Source: Chiloscyllium plagiosum | Lineage: Eukaryota | Assembly: GCF_004010195.1 (NCBI RefSeq) | Contig: NC_057719.1 | Location: 69,181,845-69,245,844 of the forward strand | DNA length: 64,000 nucleotides | Direction: 5' to 3' | In this document: in pieces, positions 23,070 through 34,891 of the stretch | How the letters are laid out: each line of letters starts with the position of its first letter | How positions within the stretch are numbered: position 1 is the stretch's first letter | Position numbers and translations under genes: made by a program | The notes under the pieces: generated by a model | The model's database searches: none | What the model was told of the DNA's origin: nothing | Seen by the model: the letters and a program-made list of their open reading frames with translations, nothing else

Positions 23070-24319
23070 TATTGTGAGTGATAAATTTTATTAGTTGCTA
23101 TGTAGAGGGCAAGTACAGTTATTTTAGTAAGCAGAGAATATATTCCATTTCTTCTGTGGAATTCATTGTTGGTGCAATTAGAAATATATTGGAATATTAC
23201 TTTATTGCTTTTTTATTGCATTGACTTACTTTTCAAGAATGACATTATAAACAAGCGGTGGTCATTGAATGACGCTAAACAATCTGCTGTGCAACGTGCT
23301 GTGTGTACTTTTAAAGGGTAGAGTTGCCTTTTGAATTATGATACTTGGCTTCACCTTAAAAAGATTGACAAACATAATTTATAACAGATATTAATCTTAT
23401 AATAGACTTTAGCACTTTCCATCATTTCATTTCACTGCGATTTCAGTAAGTGAATAGGTGAAATATTTCCTGTCTACCTGCTGTGACGATTGTTATGTAA
23501 AGCAAGTAAGATATTTCACTTGAGTTTTTGTTGTTGAACATGGCATAAAGAAGAGGTGAATGGATTGGGGAAATGTCTCTGAGACCCTCGCTATCAGGTC
23601 ATTGCTGTATGGGATCTTTCTGTGCACAAATTGGTTGCCATGTTTTCTCAAACTTCGAAGATACGCAATGAGTTGTGAAGTTCTTAAGATAATCCAAAGT
23701 CTATAAAGGTGATCAATAAATGTGGGTTATTTATTGCTTCTCTTTTTCTCAACCATTTGTGATTTTCAAATTATATAATTGTGAACTATTGAATGCTTAA
23801 GATACTATTGTTTCTATGGGAATAAAAAACAGTGAGTCGCAACAGGGCTGCTGGCTCAATTTTCCAAGATTGTTTCCAAGTATGGGGAAGAGTGAGTTAT
23901 TCACTGGATTACCTGTAAATCTACTCACTAGGAGCTGTCAGATGAACGAGGATGAGTTCGTTATCGAGCACAGGCTTTGAAACTGTTGAACTTTGCTGCC
24001 AGAAACTGCTGGCCAATGTAGAGGCTGTTAGCTTCTGGGTCATGAGGTGAAGGCCTGTTTCCTGGATGATCCAGTGCACCTCTTGAGAGGAGATGTGCAT
24101 CAGGCTGGGGTGAAATGGAGGCAGCAGCAGAATTGTGGCAGCTTTCAAAGGTCACCAGTTTGTCCTCCATCCATACCTCCAATTGTCCCTGGACTGGGGA
24201 AATTTGATGTACTCTCTAACTGCAGGTTAGTTTTCCAATTGGAAATGTAGTCACCTTTCTCACCTGTTGGAGATTTAGGTGATCAGGGAGATGGTGAGCT
24301 GAGGCCCCGAGGTCATTAT

Positions 24320-25160
24320 ACACAGGTTAAATGTGTGAGCACAAAGTTGACAGATGCAATATTCTGTGAGGTTCTACATTTTGGCAGGAAGCATAGAAGA
24401 GCTGAATATTATTTAGATGGGAAAAGACTGCAGAGAGCTACAGCATGGATGGATTTGGGGTCTAGTCCATAAATCACAAAAAAAACAGCATCCAAGTTCA
24501 TTGGGAAAGGGAAGGCAAATGGAGTGTTGGCCTTTATTACAAAGGGAATGGAATATAAACATAGGGAGGTCTTGCTAAATCTTTCTAAGGTGCTAGTTAG
24601 ACCACAGCTGGAATTTGTGAACTGTTTCAGTCCCTTAATCAAAGGAGAGAGAGAGATACTGACTTTGAAGGCAGTTCAGAGAAGGTTCAATTGGTTGAGC
24701 CAGGGTATGGAGGGAGTTTCTTATGAGGACAGGTTGAGTAGATTGGTTTGGTACTCCTTGGAGTTCAGGAGAATGAGAAATGCTGTCATTAAAACATACA
24801 AGTTTCTGAAGGTACTTGATAGAGCAGATGCAGAGAGATTGTTTTCCCTTGTACAAGCATCCAGGACCAGAGGGCTCAACCTCAGGATAAGGAGTCATCT
24901 GCTTAATACAGAAATGAGGAGGAATTTTATCTGAGGGCAATCTATCTAGATTTTTTTTACCTCAGATGGCTATGGAGTTCAGTTTTTAAGTATATTCAAA
25001 GCTGAGATTGACAGATTTTTAACCAGTAAGGGAATTAGGAAGTATTGGAAAAGGCAGGATAGTGGAATTGGGGATTATCAGATTAGCTATGGTCTCATTG
25101 AATGGCGGAATGAACTCAGTTGGCTGAACTGTCTACTTTGCTCCAATGTCTTCTGGCCTT
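24320..25160 (+). mobile_element. CR1 LINE 3' fragment
   Basis: LAFITKGMEYKHREVLLNLSKVLVRPQLEF. Confidence 0.85.
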
Positions 25161-25353
25161 ACAAAGCATCCACTCACCCAGCACTTAGTTGTAGAGGAGA
25201 TGAGAAAAGTGGAAGTTTCTGTCGAAAGCAAGCAGGTCTAATTATTTCCCTTAGTTGCATTCTCTCGCTCTCCAACCAAACGGAGGGAAAAACCAGGCCC
25301 CCGCATTAAGTAATCTGCCACTTATATTTCTTTAATGTGTTTGCCTCCATTAG

Positions 25354-25595
25354 GTTCTGAAACTGTCAATAGTGCATCGCATCCAGATTCTATTGTGAGT
25401 CAAAGGAAGGCATTCTTTGAATCCCATCTAAAGTTGCCAAACCCAATTACAGAAGTTCCAACAAAACATGGTAAAATCCCAGCAACACCAAAGCTCAACA
25501 ATCCAGATTCAGCTGTCAGTAATATTGTAAATCGTGTGCAAGAACCATGCCAATTTTCAAAAGATAATCATAATGTGAAAGTCATACAAATGAAG
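25354..25595 (+). CDS. Candidate coding exon (GSETVNSASHPDSIVSQRKAFFESHLKLP...KVIQMK)
   Basis: Acceptor TTTGCCTCCATTAG, donor AAG|GTAATT; 242 nt open, phase 1 to phase 0; non-repetitive. Confidence 0.65.
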
Positions 25596-25767
25596 GTAAT
25601 TTCTCTCTGCTACGCTGTCCTCTTTACAGACTTGATCTTTTCAGTTTAAGTATTTGCCTTTAACGTGTTGCTTCAGCAATAGTATATCTTTCTTAATTGT
25701 TGCTTAGACTGGTAAAAAGTAGAATCTAGTCCAAGAAAATTCGAGGCGTCACAAAATGACTTCTGGA

Positions 25768-28220
25768 ATCATAGTTGTGAGTATGTCTGCTGAGCTGGGA
25801 CGTTGATTTGCAGGTGGTTCGTCTCCTGTCTAGGTGACATCTTCAGTGCTTTGGAGCCTCCTGTGAAGTGCTGCTGTACTGTATCTCCTGGAAATTATTT
25901 GGTTCCGTTCCCACTGCTTCCTTTTCTGGTTGTTCATTGTAGTGGCCGGTATATTGGGTCTAGGTCAATATGCTGGTTGTGGAGTCCGTGGCTGAGTGCC
26001 GTGCCGCGAGAAATTCTCTGGTTGTCCTTTGTTTAGCATGCCCTTTGATCGTTGTGTTGTCCCAGTCGAATTTGTGGCCTTTGTCGTCTGTGTGTATGGC
26101 TACTAGGGTCGGCTGGTCATGGTGTTTAGTGGCTAGTTGGTGTTTGTGCATGTGGATTGCTAGTTGTCTGCCTGTTTGTCCTATATAGTGTTTCATGCAG
26201 TCTCTGCGTGGAATTCTGTAAATTACATTAGTCTGACACAAGATGGGTATAGGGCCGGTGAGCTGTTGTCTGAGCATGGCTGTCATGAACCCAAGTGGTC
26301 AGAGAAGTTTGGCTGTCAGTTCCGAAACAATTTTTATGTAAGGTAGTGTGGCTAGTGAGTTCAGTTGTGGCATGTCCTCATCGCGTTGTCTGTCTGTTAG
26401 GCATCTGTAGATGAAGTTGCAGGGATATCCGTTCTTGGCGAAGACTCTGTAGAAGTGTTCTTCTTTTCTTCACAGGTCGGGCGTGCTGCAGTGTGTTGTA
26501 GCCCTGTTGAACAGGGTCCTAATGCAGCTTCTCTTGTGTCTGGTTGCTCTTGTAATTCAGGACCTGATTGGTGTGTGTGGCTTTTCTATACACTTTTGTG
26601 GTGTACTTACCATTCTGTTTTCTTTGTACCATCACATCCAGGAATAGGAGTTGATTGTTGGTTTCCTCCTCTCTTGTAAATCTGATCCCTGTGTATATGG
26701 TGTTGATAATCCAGTGTGTGTTCTTGATTTCTGTTCTCTTAATGATAATAAGTGTTATCTACATATCTGATCCAGAGTTTGGGCTGAATTTGTTGAAGGG
26801 CTGTTTGTTCCAATCTTTGCATCACTGCTTTTGCTGTGAGCCCAGAGATGGATGAGCCCATAGGTGTTCCATTGATCTGTTCATATATTTGGTGTGTCGT
26901 CAAGCACAGCTCTAGTAGTTTTAGCATGCAGTCCTTGTTGATAGGTTCCCCATCGTATTGTCTGTTCTGCCTGTCCAGGAGGTTTGCTATTGTCTCTCTC
27001 TGGCTAGAGTTTTGTCAATTGAAATGTACAGTGCCATTACTTCAAATGAGACCATTGCTTCCTTGTCTATGTTTATATTCTTGATGTTGTCTAGGAATTC
27101 TTGTGACGATTGCATGGATCCACTAATAAGATGTTTTAGTTTTTCTTGGAGTCCTTTTGCCAGTTTGTGATGGTGTTCCTGGGAATGCTACAGTGGGTTT
27201 GAGTGGTATGTCTGGTTTGTGTACTTTGGGTAATCTAAAATCTTGGGGTGTTGTTGCTTTTTTGTTTCATCCTATGCAGGTCAACCCTGGTTATTAGTCC
27301 GTATTTTCGAAGGTTCCGTAATGTGTTTATTCTATTGGTTAGCGGTGGCTAACCTCTGTAGGTAGGTGTCGGTATCTGCAAGTAGTTTCTCTGCTTTCTG
27401 AATATATTCGGTCTTGTCCATGATAACTGTCATTCTGCCCTTGTCCGCTGGTACTATATTTATGTTCTTGTCATTTTTGAGTGTTTTTAGGGCTTCTCTC
27501 TCTTTGGTGTTGATGTTCTTTGTTTCTCTTTCCTTTGTTAGTAAGGGTACAATAGTTTGTCTGACTGTTTGCTGTGTCTCTTCAGTTAGTCCATTAGTTC
27601 TGAGAATACATTCTAGTGCAGCTAGGAAGTCTGTTGTTTTTGCGTCCCTGTGGTTGTGGTTAAGTCCCTTGGCTAGTATGGCCTTTTCTGTGCATGTGAG
27701 CTGTCTATTAGAGAGGTTTCTAACCCAAGTATCTGTTGTTCTCTTCTCTGCTGTTGGTTAGCATAGTCATTTTGTCTTATCGTGCCATTCTCTTTCTTTA
27801 CGTGGTTGTGTTCTGCCTTATGGTGATGGTTTGTTCAATAAATGCCACAACCAGCTGTCCCAAGTAGCCATACACATAAATGACAAGGGCCACACATTTG
27901 ACTGGGGCAACACAATGACCACAGGACAAGTTAAACAGAGGATAGTCAAAGAATATCAAGAAGCATGGCATTCAGCCACTGACTTCATCAACAAGCAAGT
28001 AGACCTAGACCCAATATACCGGTCACTACAATGAACAGCCGGAACTGGCAACCAGAAGCATCAGGAATGGAACCAAATAAATTCCAAAAGGAGGCTCTAA
28101 AGCACTGAAGATGTCACTAGACGAGACGAACCATCTGTAAATCAACTTCCCAGCTCGGCGAACACAACCACAATCACAACAACTGGCACCCGAGCTACAA
28201 ATCTTTACACAAACCTGGAG
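25768..28220 (-). mobile_element. Penelope-like (Poseidon-type) retroelement: RT + GIY-YIG remnant with inverted 5' pLTR copy (27843-28220, +)
   Basis: YEQINGTPMGS...LWIRYVDN (RT); NVIYRIP..C..HYIGQTGRQL..GHKFDWDN (GIY-YIG); near-TSD TGACTTCTGGA 25757-25767 / TGACTTCGGGA 28221-28231; decayed hammerheads at ~25810-25849 (-) and ~28102-28138 (+). Confidence 0.9.
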
Positions 28221-28268
28221 TGACTTCGGGAGATTTAGATGAAATATAAGTTGGTAGATTTTCATAGG

Positions 28269-28400
28269 TAAAAACAAGGACTGCAGATGCTGGAAACCAG
28301 AGTCTAGATTAGAGTGGTGCTGGAAAAGCACAGCAGGTCAGGCAGCATTCGAGGAGCGGGAAAATCGACATTTCGGGCAAAAGCCCTTCATCAGGAATAG
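28269..28400 (-). mobile_element. 132-bp hammerhead mini-element, family A
   Basis: 13-bp TSD AGATTTTCATAGG (28256-28268 and 28401-28413); AUUC-CUGAUGA-A-GGGC UUUU GCCC-GAAA-UG-UC-GAUU. Confidence 0.85.
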
Positions 28401-28793
28401 AGATTTTCATAGGCCTATAGTGTGACAAGCTTTTGGTTTTTGTTGTAAACTTCGACATTTAAAGTTTTGAACAATACAGCACATATTCCAATTGTAGAGT
28501 AGCAGAGCTTCATAATAATTCATACATGAGTTGTTGCAATGTAAGGTTTTGATAATAGACCATCATGTAATTGTTTCATTATCAGATTAGAAGATGCAAA
28601 TTTAAATTTTCTTGCCTTTTAATTAGCTGAGAAAGATGATTCTTTAATTGTACACCTTTATGTTTGCTTCCTTTGTCCTCTTAGCTAATCTCACAATTTC
28701 ACCTGTTATCCATGGTTCCTTAATCTTTCCCTGAAGTTGAAACTTTATTGCTGGAACAGCACAGCAGGTCAGGCAGCATCCAGGGAACAGGAG

Positions 28794-28829
28794 ATTCGAC
28801 GTTTCGGGCACAGGCCCTTCTTCAGGAAT
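28794..28829 (-). ncRNA. Intact minimal type I hammerhead ribozyme (family A)
   Basis: AUUC-CUGAAGA-A-GGGC CUGU GCCC-GAAA-CG-UC-GAAU: full core, 4-bp stem I, 4-bp stem II, ACGU palindrome, GUC triplet. Confidence 0.85.
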
Positions 28830-28849
28830 GATTCTTTAATTGTACACCT

Positions 28850-31025
28850 GGGGCAAGGCCAACTATATCAAAATTCGGCAGGAATTGGGCAATGTGGATT
28901 GGGAACAGCTGTTTGAAGGTAAATCCCAATTTATGTGGGATTTTTGATATGTGGGAGGCTTTTAAAGAGAGGTTGATTAGAGTGTAGGACAGACATTGAG
29001 GGATAGAAAGGGAAAGATTAAGGAACCATGGATAACAGGTGAAATTGTGAGATTAGCTAAGAGGACAAAGGAAGCAAACATAAAGGCTAGGTGACCGAAA
29101 ACAGATGAAGCTTTGGAAGAATATCGGGAAAGTAGGACCAATCTGAAATGGGGAATTAAGAGGGCTAAAAGAGGTCATGAAATATCTTTAGCAAACAGGG
29201 TTAAGGAAAATCCCAAATCCTTTAATTCGTTTATAAGAAACAAGAGGGTAACTGGAGAAAGGATTGGACCACTCAAGGAAAAGGAGGAAAGTTATGCATG
29301 GAGTCAGAGAAAATGGGTGAGACCCTTAATGAGTACTTTGCATCGATATTCACCGAGGAGAGGGACATTACGGATGTTGAGGTTAGAGATAGATGTTCAT
29401 TACTCCAGGTCAAGTTGGCACAAGGAGGGAGGTGTTGGGTATTCTAAAAGGCATTAAGGTGGACAAATCACAGGTCCACATGGGATCTATCCCAGGGTAC
29501 TGAGGGAAGTGTGACAGGAAATAGCTGGGACCTTAACAGATATCTCTGCAGCATCCTTGAACACAAGTGAGGTCCAAGAAGAATGGAGATTTGCTAATGT
29601 TGTCCCCTTGTTTACGAAGGGTAGCAGGAATAATCCAGGTAATTATAGACCAGTGAGCCTGATGTCAGTAGTAGGGAAGCTGCTGGAGAAGATACTGAGA
29701 AATAGGATCTATTAACATTTGGAAGAAAATGGGCTTATCAGTGATCAGCAACATGGTTTTGTGCAGGGAAGGTCATATCTTATCAACTTAATAGAACTCT
29801 TTGAGGAAGTGACAAAGTTGATTAAGTGAGGAAAGGGCTGTAGATGTCAATACACATGGACTTCAGTAAGGTGTTTGATAAGGTTCCCCATGGTAGGTTG
29901 ATGGAGAAAGTGAAGTCGCATGGGGACCAGGGTGTACTAGCTAGATAGATAGAGAACTGGCTGGGCAGCAGGAGACAGAGAGTAGTAGTGGAAGGGAGTT
30001 TCTCAAAATGGAGAAGGGTGACCAGTGGTGTTGCACTGGGATCTGTGTTTGGACCACTGTTGTTTGTGATATACATAAATGATCTGGAGGAAGGTGTAGG
30101 TGGTCTGATTAGCAAGTTGGCAGATGACACCAAGATTGATGGAGTAGCAAATAGTGAAAGGGACTGTCAGAATGTAACAGAATATAAATAGATTGGAGAG
30201 TTGGGCAGAGAAATGGCAGATGGAGTTCAATCTGGGCAAATGCGAGGCGATGCATTTTGGAAGATCCAATTCAAGAGAAAATTATACGGTAAACAGAAAA
30301 GCCCTGGGGAAAATTGATGTACAGAGAGATCTGGGTGTTCAGGTCCATTGTACCCTGAAGGTAGCAATGCAGGTGGATAGAGTGGTCAAGAAGGCATATG
30401 GCTTTCCTTCATCGGACGGGGTGTTGAGTACAAGAGTTGGCAGGTCATATTACAGTTGTATAAGACTTTGGTTCGGCCACATTTGGAATACTGCATACAG
30501 TTCTGGTTGCCACATTACGAAAACAATGTGGATACTTTGGTGAAGGTGCAGAGGAGGTTCACCAAGATATTGCCTGGTATGGAGGGTACTAGCTATGAGG
30601 AGAGGTTGAGTAGCTTAGGATTATTTTAGATGGAGGTTGAGGGCAAACCTCATTGAGGTCTACAAAATCATGAAAGTGATAGATGGGGTGGCTAGCAATA
30701 AGTCTTTTCCCCAGAGTGGGGGGACTCAATTACTAGGGGTCATGTGTTCAAGGTGAGAGGGGAAAAGTTTAAGGGAGATATGCATGGAAAGTTCTTTACG
30801 CAGAAGGTGGTGGGTGCCTGAAACACGGTGCCAGTGGAGGTGGTAGAGGTGGGCACGATAGCGTCATTTAAGGTATATCTAGACAGATAAATGAATGGGC
30901 AGAAAGCAGAGGGATTCAGATCCTTCGAAAAGAGATGACAGGTTTAGATGGAGGATTTGGATCGTCACAGGCTTGGATGGCTAAAGGGCCTGTGCTGTAA
31001 TTTTCTTTGCTCTTTGTTCTCTTTG
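28850..31025 (+). mobile_element. CR1 LINE ORF2 remnant to 3' end
   Basis: NYRPVSL, QHGFVQGRS, DFSKVFDKVPHGRL, VTSGVALGSVFGPLLFVIYINDL motifs; (TCTTTG)n tail. Confidence 0.92.
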
Positions 31026-31694
31026 AAAGAAATTGGTCACTTTACCTGGTCTGGCCTACATGTAACCTCAGAACCACAGAATGTGGTAAACTCTTAACTC
31101 TCCTCCGAAATAGCTGTAGCAAGACATTTAATTAAGAGGGCAGTTAAGGATAGGCAATAAATGCTGGTGTAGCCAGTGACAACCACGCCTCAAGAATAAA
31201 TTGGAAAAGACAAGATTTGTGCCAGCTAACTACTACAATAAATGTGGCCCCGGCAACAAAAACCTGGAGAGAAACACTGACTTTGGAATTTCTGGTTTCC
31301 ATGGCTCTCACTTACTGAGGTTTTCCTTATGTCACGTCTGGGTATACACTACATGATGTGATGATACAGCTCCTTTAATAAGCTTGTGTTGGCCTTGGTT
31401 TTTTTTTCAGAAGTGTTTTACAAGACACAGGATCTGAAATGTCTGGCTTGATCTACTTGAACAAGCATTTTAAGATTTTAAAAAAGAATGCTTGTGCAAT
31501 GAAAGGGGAGTGGCCAGCTCTTCCAGTTCAGCTTTTCTCTGGTTTGGTTTGGTTTTGGTTTGGGTTTTAGCAGTCTGGCTGTTCAGAGCAAGCAGTCAGT
31601 TTTTTGAGGCTGCTGGTCAAAGAAACAGCCATGTGAATCTCTCTGCCATCTCTCTCTTTGACATCTCTCCTGTAAGACCCTGTGTTTTTCATTC

Positions 31695-31958
31695 ATTCTT
31701 AGAATCCCTACAGTGTGGAAACAAGCCATTTGGCCCAACAAGTCCACACTGACCCTCCAAAGAGTATCGCACCCAGACCCAATCCCCTACTCTATTACTA
31801 CATTTACCCCAACTAATGCACATAACCGACACATCCCTGAACACTATCAACAATTTAGCATGGGCAATTCACCTACCCTGCATATCTTTGGATATGGGAG
31901 GAAACCACAGCGCCCGGAGGAAATGCACACAGACACTGGGAGAATGTGCAAACTCCAG
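31695..31958 (-). mobile_element. HE1-type SINE 3' part
   Basis: CAGTGTGGAAACAAGCC...GAATGTGCAAACTCCA. Confidence 0.8.
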
Positions 31959-33049
31959 ATTGATTTTACCTTTTTTGCCAAGAGATGTTTATGGGGACTG
32001 TTGCAAGTATTTGGAACAGCATTATTAAATTGGGATAATAGAGTCATAGAGATATACAGCATGGAAACAGACCCTTCGGTCCAACCAGTCCATGTCGACC
32101 AGATATCCAATCCCAATCTAGTCCCACCTGCCAGCACCCGGCCCATATCCCTCCGAACCCTTCCTATTCATATACCAATTTAAATGCCTCTGAAATGTTG
32201 CAGTTGTACCAGCCTCCACCACTTCATCTGGCAGCTCATTCCATACACGTACCACCCTCTGTGTGAAAAAGTTGCCCCTCAGGTCTCTTTTATATTTTTC
32301 CTCTCTCACCCTAAACCTCTAGTTCTGGACTCCCCTACCCCAGGGAAAAGACTTTGCCTATTTATCCTATCCATGCCCATCATAATTTTGTAAACCTCTA
32401 TAAGGTCATCTCTCAGCCTCTGACGCTCCAGGGAAAACAGCCCCAGCCTGTTCAGCCTCTCCCTATAGCTCAAATCCTCCAATCCTGGCAACATCCTTGT
32501 AAATCTTTTCAAGTTTCACAACATCTTTTTGATAGGAAGGAGACCAGGATTGTAGGCAATATTCTAACAATGGTTTAACCAATGTCCTGTACAGCTGCAA
32601 CATGACCTCTCAACTCCTGTACTCAATAGTCTGACCAATAAAGGAAAGTATACCAAACGCCTTCTTTACTATCCTATCTACCTATGACACCACTTTCAAG
32701 GAGCTATGAACCTGCACTCCAAGGTCTCTTTGTTCAGCAACACTCCCTAGGACCTTACCATTAAGTGTATAAGTCCTACTAAGATTTGCTTTCACAAAAT
32801 GCAGCATCTTGCATTTACCTGAATTAAACTCCATCTGCCACTTCTCAGCCCATTGGCCCACCTGGTCAAGATCCCGTTGTAAACTGAGGTAACCTTTTTC
32901 GCTGTCCACTACACCTCCAATTTTGGTGTCATCTGCAAACTTACTAACTGTACCTCTTATGTTCGCATCCAAATCATTTATGTAAATGACAAAATGTAGA
33001 GGGCTCAGCACCGATCCTTGTGGCACTCCACTGGTCACAGGCCTCCAGT

Positions 33050-33216
33050 NNNNNNNNNNNNNNNNNNNNNNNNNNNNNNNNNNNNNNNNNNNNNNNNNNN
33101 NNNNNNNNNNNNNNNNNNNNNNNNNNNNNNNNNNNNNNNNNNNNNNNNNNNNNNNNNNNNNNNNNNNNNNNNNNNNNNNNNNNNNNNNNNNNNNNNNNNN
33201 NNNNNNNNNNNNNNNN
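33050..33216. other. Assembly gap (167 N)
   Basis: Run of n. Confidence 1.
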
Positions 33217-33563
33217 GCACCACGTTAGCCAACCTCCAGTCTTCCGGCACCTCACCTGTGATTATCGATGATACAAATATCTCAGCAAGTGGCCCAGCAA
33301 TCACTTCTCTAGCTTCCCACAGAGTTCTAGGGTACACCTGATCAGTTCCTGGGGATTTATCCACTTTTATGCGTTTCAAGTCATCCAGCACTTCCTCCTC
33401 TGTAATCTGGACATTTTTCAAGATGTCACCATCTATTTCCCTACAGTCTATATCTTCCATATCCCTTCCCACAGTAAATACTGATGCAAAATACTCACTT
33501 AGTACCTCCCACATTTTCTGCGGCTCCACACAAAGGCCGGCTTGCTGATCTTTAAGGGGCCCT

Positions 33564-33646
33564 GAAGAAGGACCGAAACGTCGATTCTCCTTCTCCTTGG
33601 ATGCTGCCTGACCTGCTGCGCTTTTTGAGCAACACATTTTTAAGTT
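33564..33646 (+). mobile_element. 83-bp hammerhead mini-element (family A, stem II truncated) inside CR1
   Basis: 8-bp TSD GGGGCCCT (33556-33563 and 33647-33654); CUGAAGA-AGGACC-GAAACGUC. Confidence 0.85.
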
Positions 33647-34757
33647 GGGGCCCTATTCTCTCCCTAGTTACCCTTTTGTCCTTAATATATTTGTAAAAAC
33701 CCTTTGGATTCTCCTTAATTCTATTTGCCAATGCTATCTCATGTCCCCTTTTTGCCCTCCTGATTTCCCTCTTAAGTATATTCCTACTTTCTTTGTACTC
33801 TTCTAAGGATTCACTCGATCTATCCTGTCTATACATTATCTGTTGGGCTTTTGGATAGTGAAGTTATTCTGTATTTGTGTTTCATTTAGTAATCTTGCAA
33901 ATAAATTCTGTTTTGTTCGAAACTAAATGGTTGGGCCAGCTCCTTGAATATCCACTCTACACCTGCTTAGAATAACTGGTAAAGTTAGGGTCAGGGTTAC
34001 TTTCTTGAAATGTATTGAGGGGGTCTGACCTGGTCCACAATAATGATAAAGATTCCTTGCTCTGATTAATCAACAACTCCCTTATTGGATTATATTACAT
34101 TTGGTGTGTTAGAAGATGAATATGATGATATTTGAATGTTTACCACACCAATTCCTTTGTTTCTATGATACACTTTCTGAATTTAGCTTTTCTTGGATGT
34201 TCTGCCTGACTCAAAAAGATCTCACTCAGTGATTGACTTTTGATTGAGCCAGGCTCTTGATGTGACCCTAGACCCCAGCAATTTGTGAATTTTGGAATTA
34301 GGTAGTAGCAATTTTTTTTTGAGTGATGCTAAGAATTTTGGTGGAATATTAGAGATCTGAGCAATGTGGGCTGTGATAATGTGTGGCAGAATCTGATGGC
34401 AAATCCAACAAGGTCAGTCACAACAAGGCAATGTCTCACTCCATTGTTTATGGTTTTGATAAGCAATATGGAGAGTCATTGCCAGGAAGTGCTGAGTTGC
34501 CAATTAAAGGGGATCATTGCCTGTTAAACACCTTGTTAATGGTCTGACTTACCTCTTTAAAGTTTAGGTTTTCATCTTTCTAAACAAACTAGTTTTGAGA
34601 AATCTGGAGCCAGCAGCTGGTTGATTTAGCTCACTACTTGCTCCAAGTGACCTCTGTATTGTGTCTAACCAACGAGCATTTGGGGCATGATCTACAGGGC
34701 CTGAGACATTGGCATCCAGCATCTGCCAACACCTGACAATGTTGACAGTTCTTCAAT

Positions 34758-34891
34758 CCATTACTGATGAAGGGCTTATGCCCTAAACATCAATTCTGTT
34801 GCTCCTCAGATGCTGTCTGACTGGCTGTGCTTTTCCAGCACTACAGTCTTTGTCTCTGATCTTCAGCATGTGCAGTCCTCACTTTCTCCTA
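34758..34891 (+). mobile_element. Family A hammerhead mini-element, decayed
   Basis: CTGATGAAGGGCTTATGCCCTAAACATC (GAAA changed to UAAA) plus family tail. Confidence 0.75.

Larger units (their letters stand above)
32040..33833 (-). mobile_element. CR1 LINE, relatively young 5'-truncated copy
   Basis: VTSGVPQGSVLSPLHFVIYINDLD..SKFADDTKIGG; KSPGTDQVYPRTLWE; tail at 32040. Confidence 0.93.
31357..34042 (+). mobile_element. Solo LTR (probably Gypsy/ERV class) split by SINE and CR1 insertions
   Basis: TGTGATGATAC...GGTCCACAATA termini; 4-bp TSD ATGA (31353-31356 and 34043-34046); AATAAA near 33900; similar to 44106-44784. Confidence 0.7.

Noticed and set aside
23932..24225. Additional exon ending CAG|GTTAGT
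   Set aside because: Stops in all frames over its length and a weak acceptor; unsupported without RNA data
25768..31025. Active RT or prokaryotic RT system (retron/DGR)
   Set aside because: All RT segments are frameshifted CR1 or Penelope fossils in vertebrate intronic context
32974..33637. ORFs spanning the N run
   Set aside because: Artefacts of the gap within a CR1
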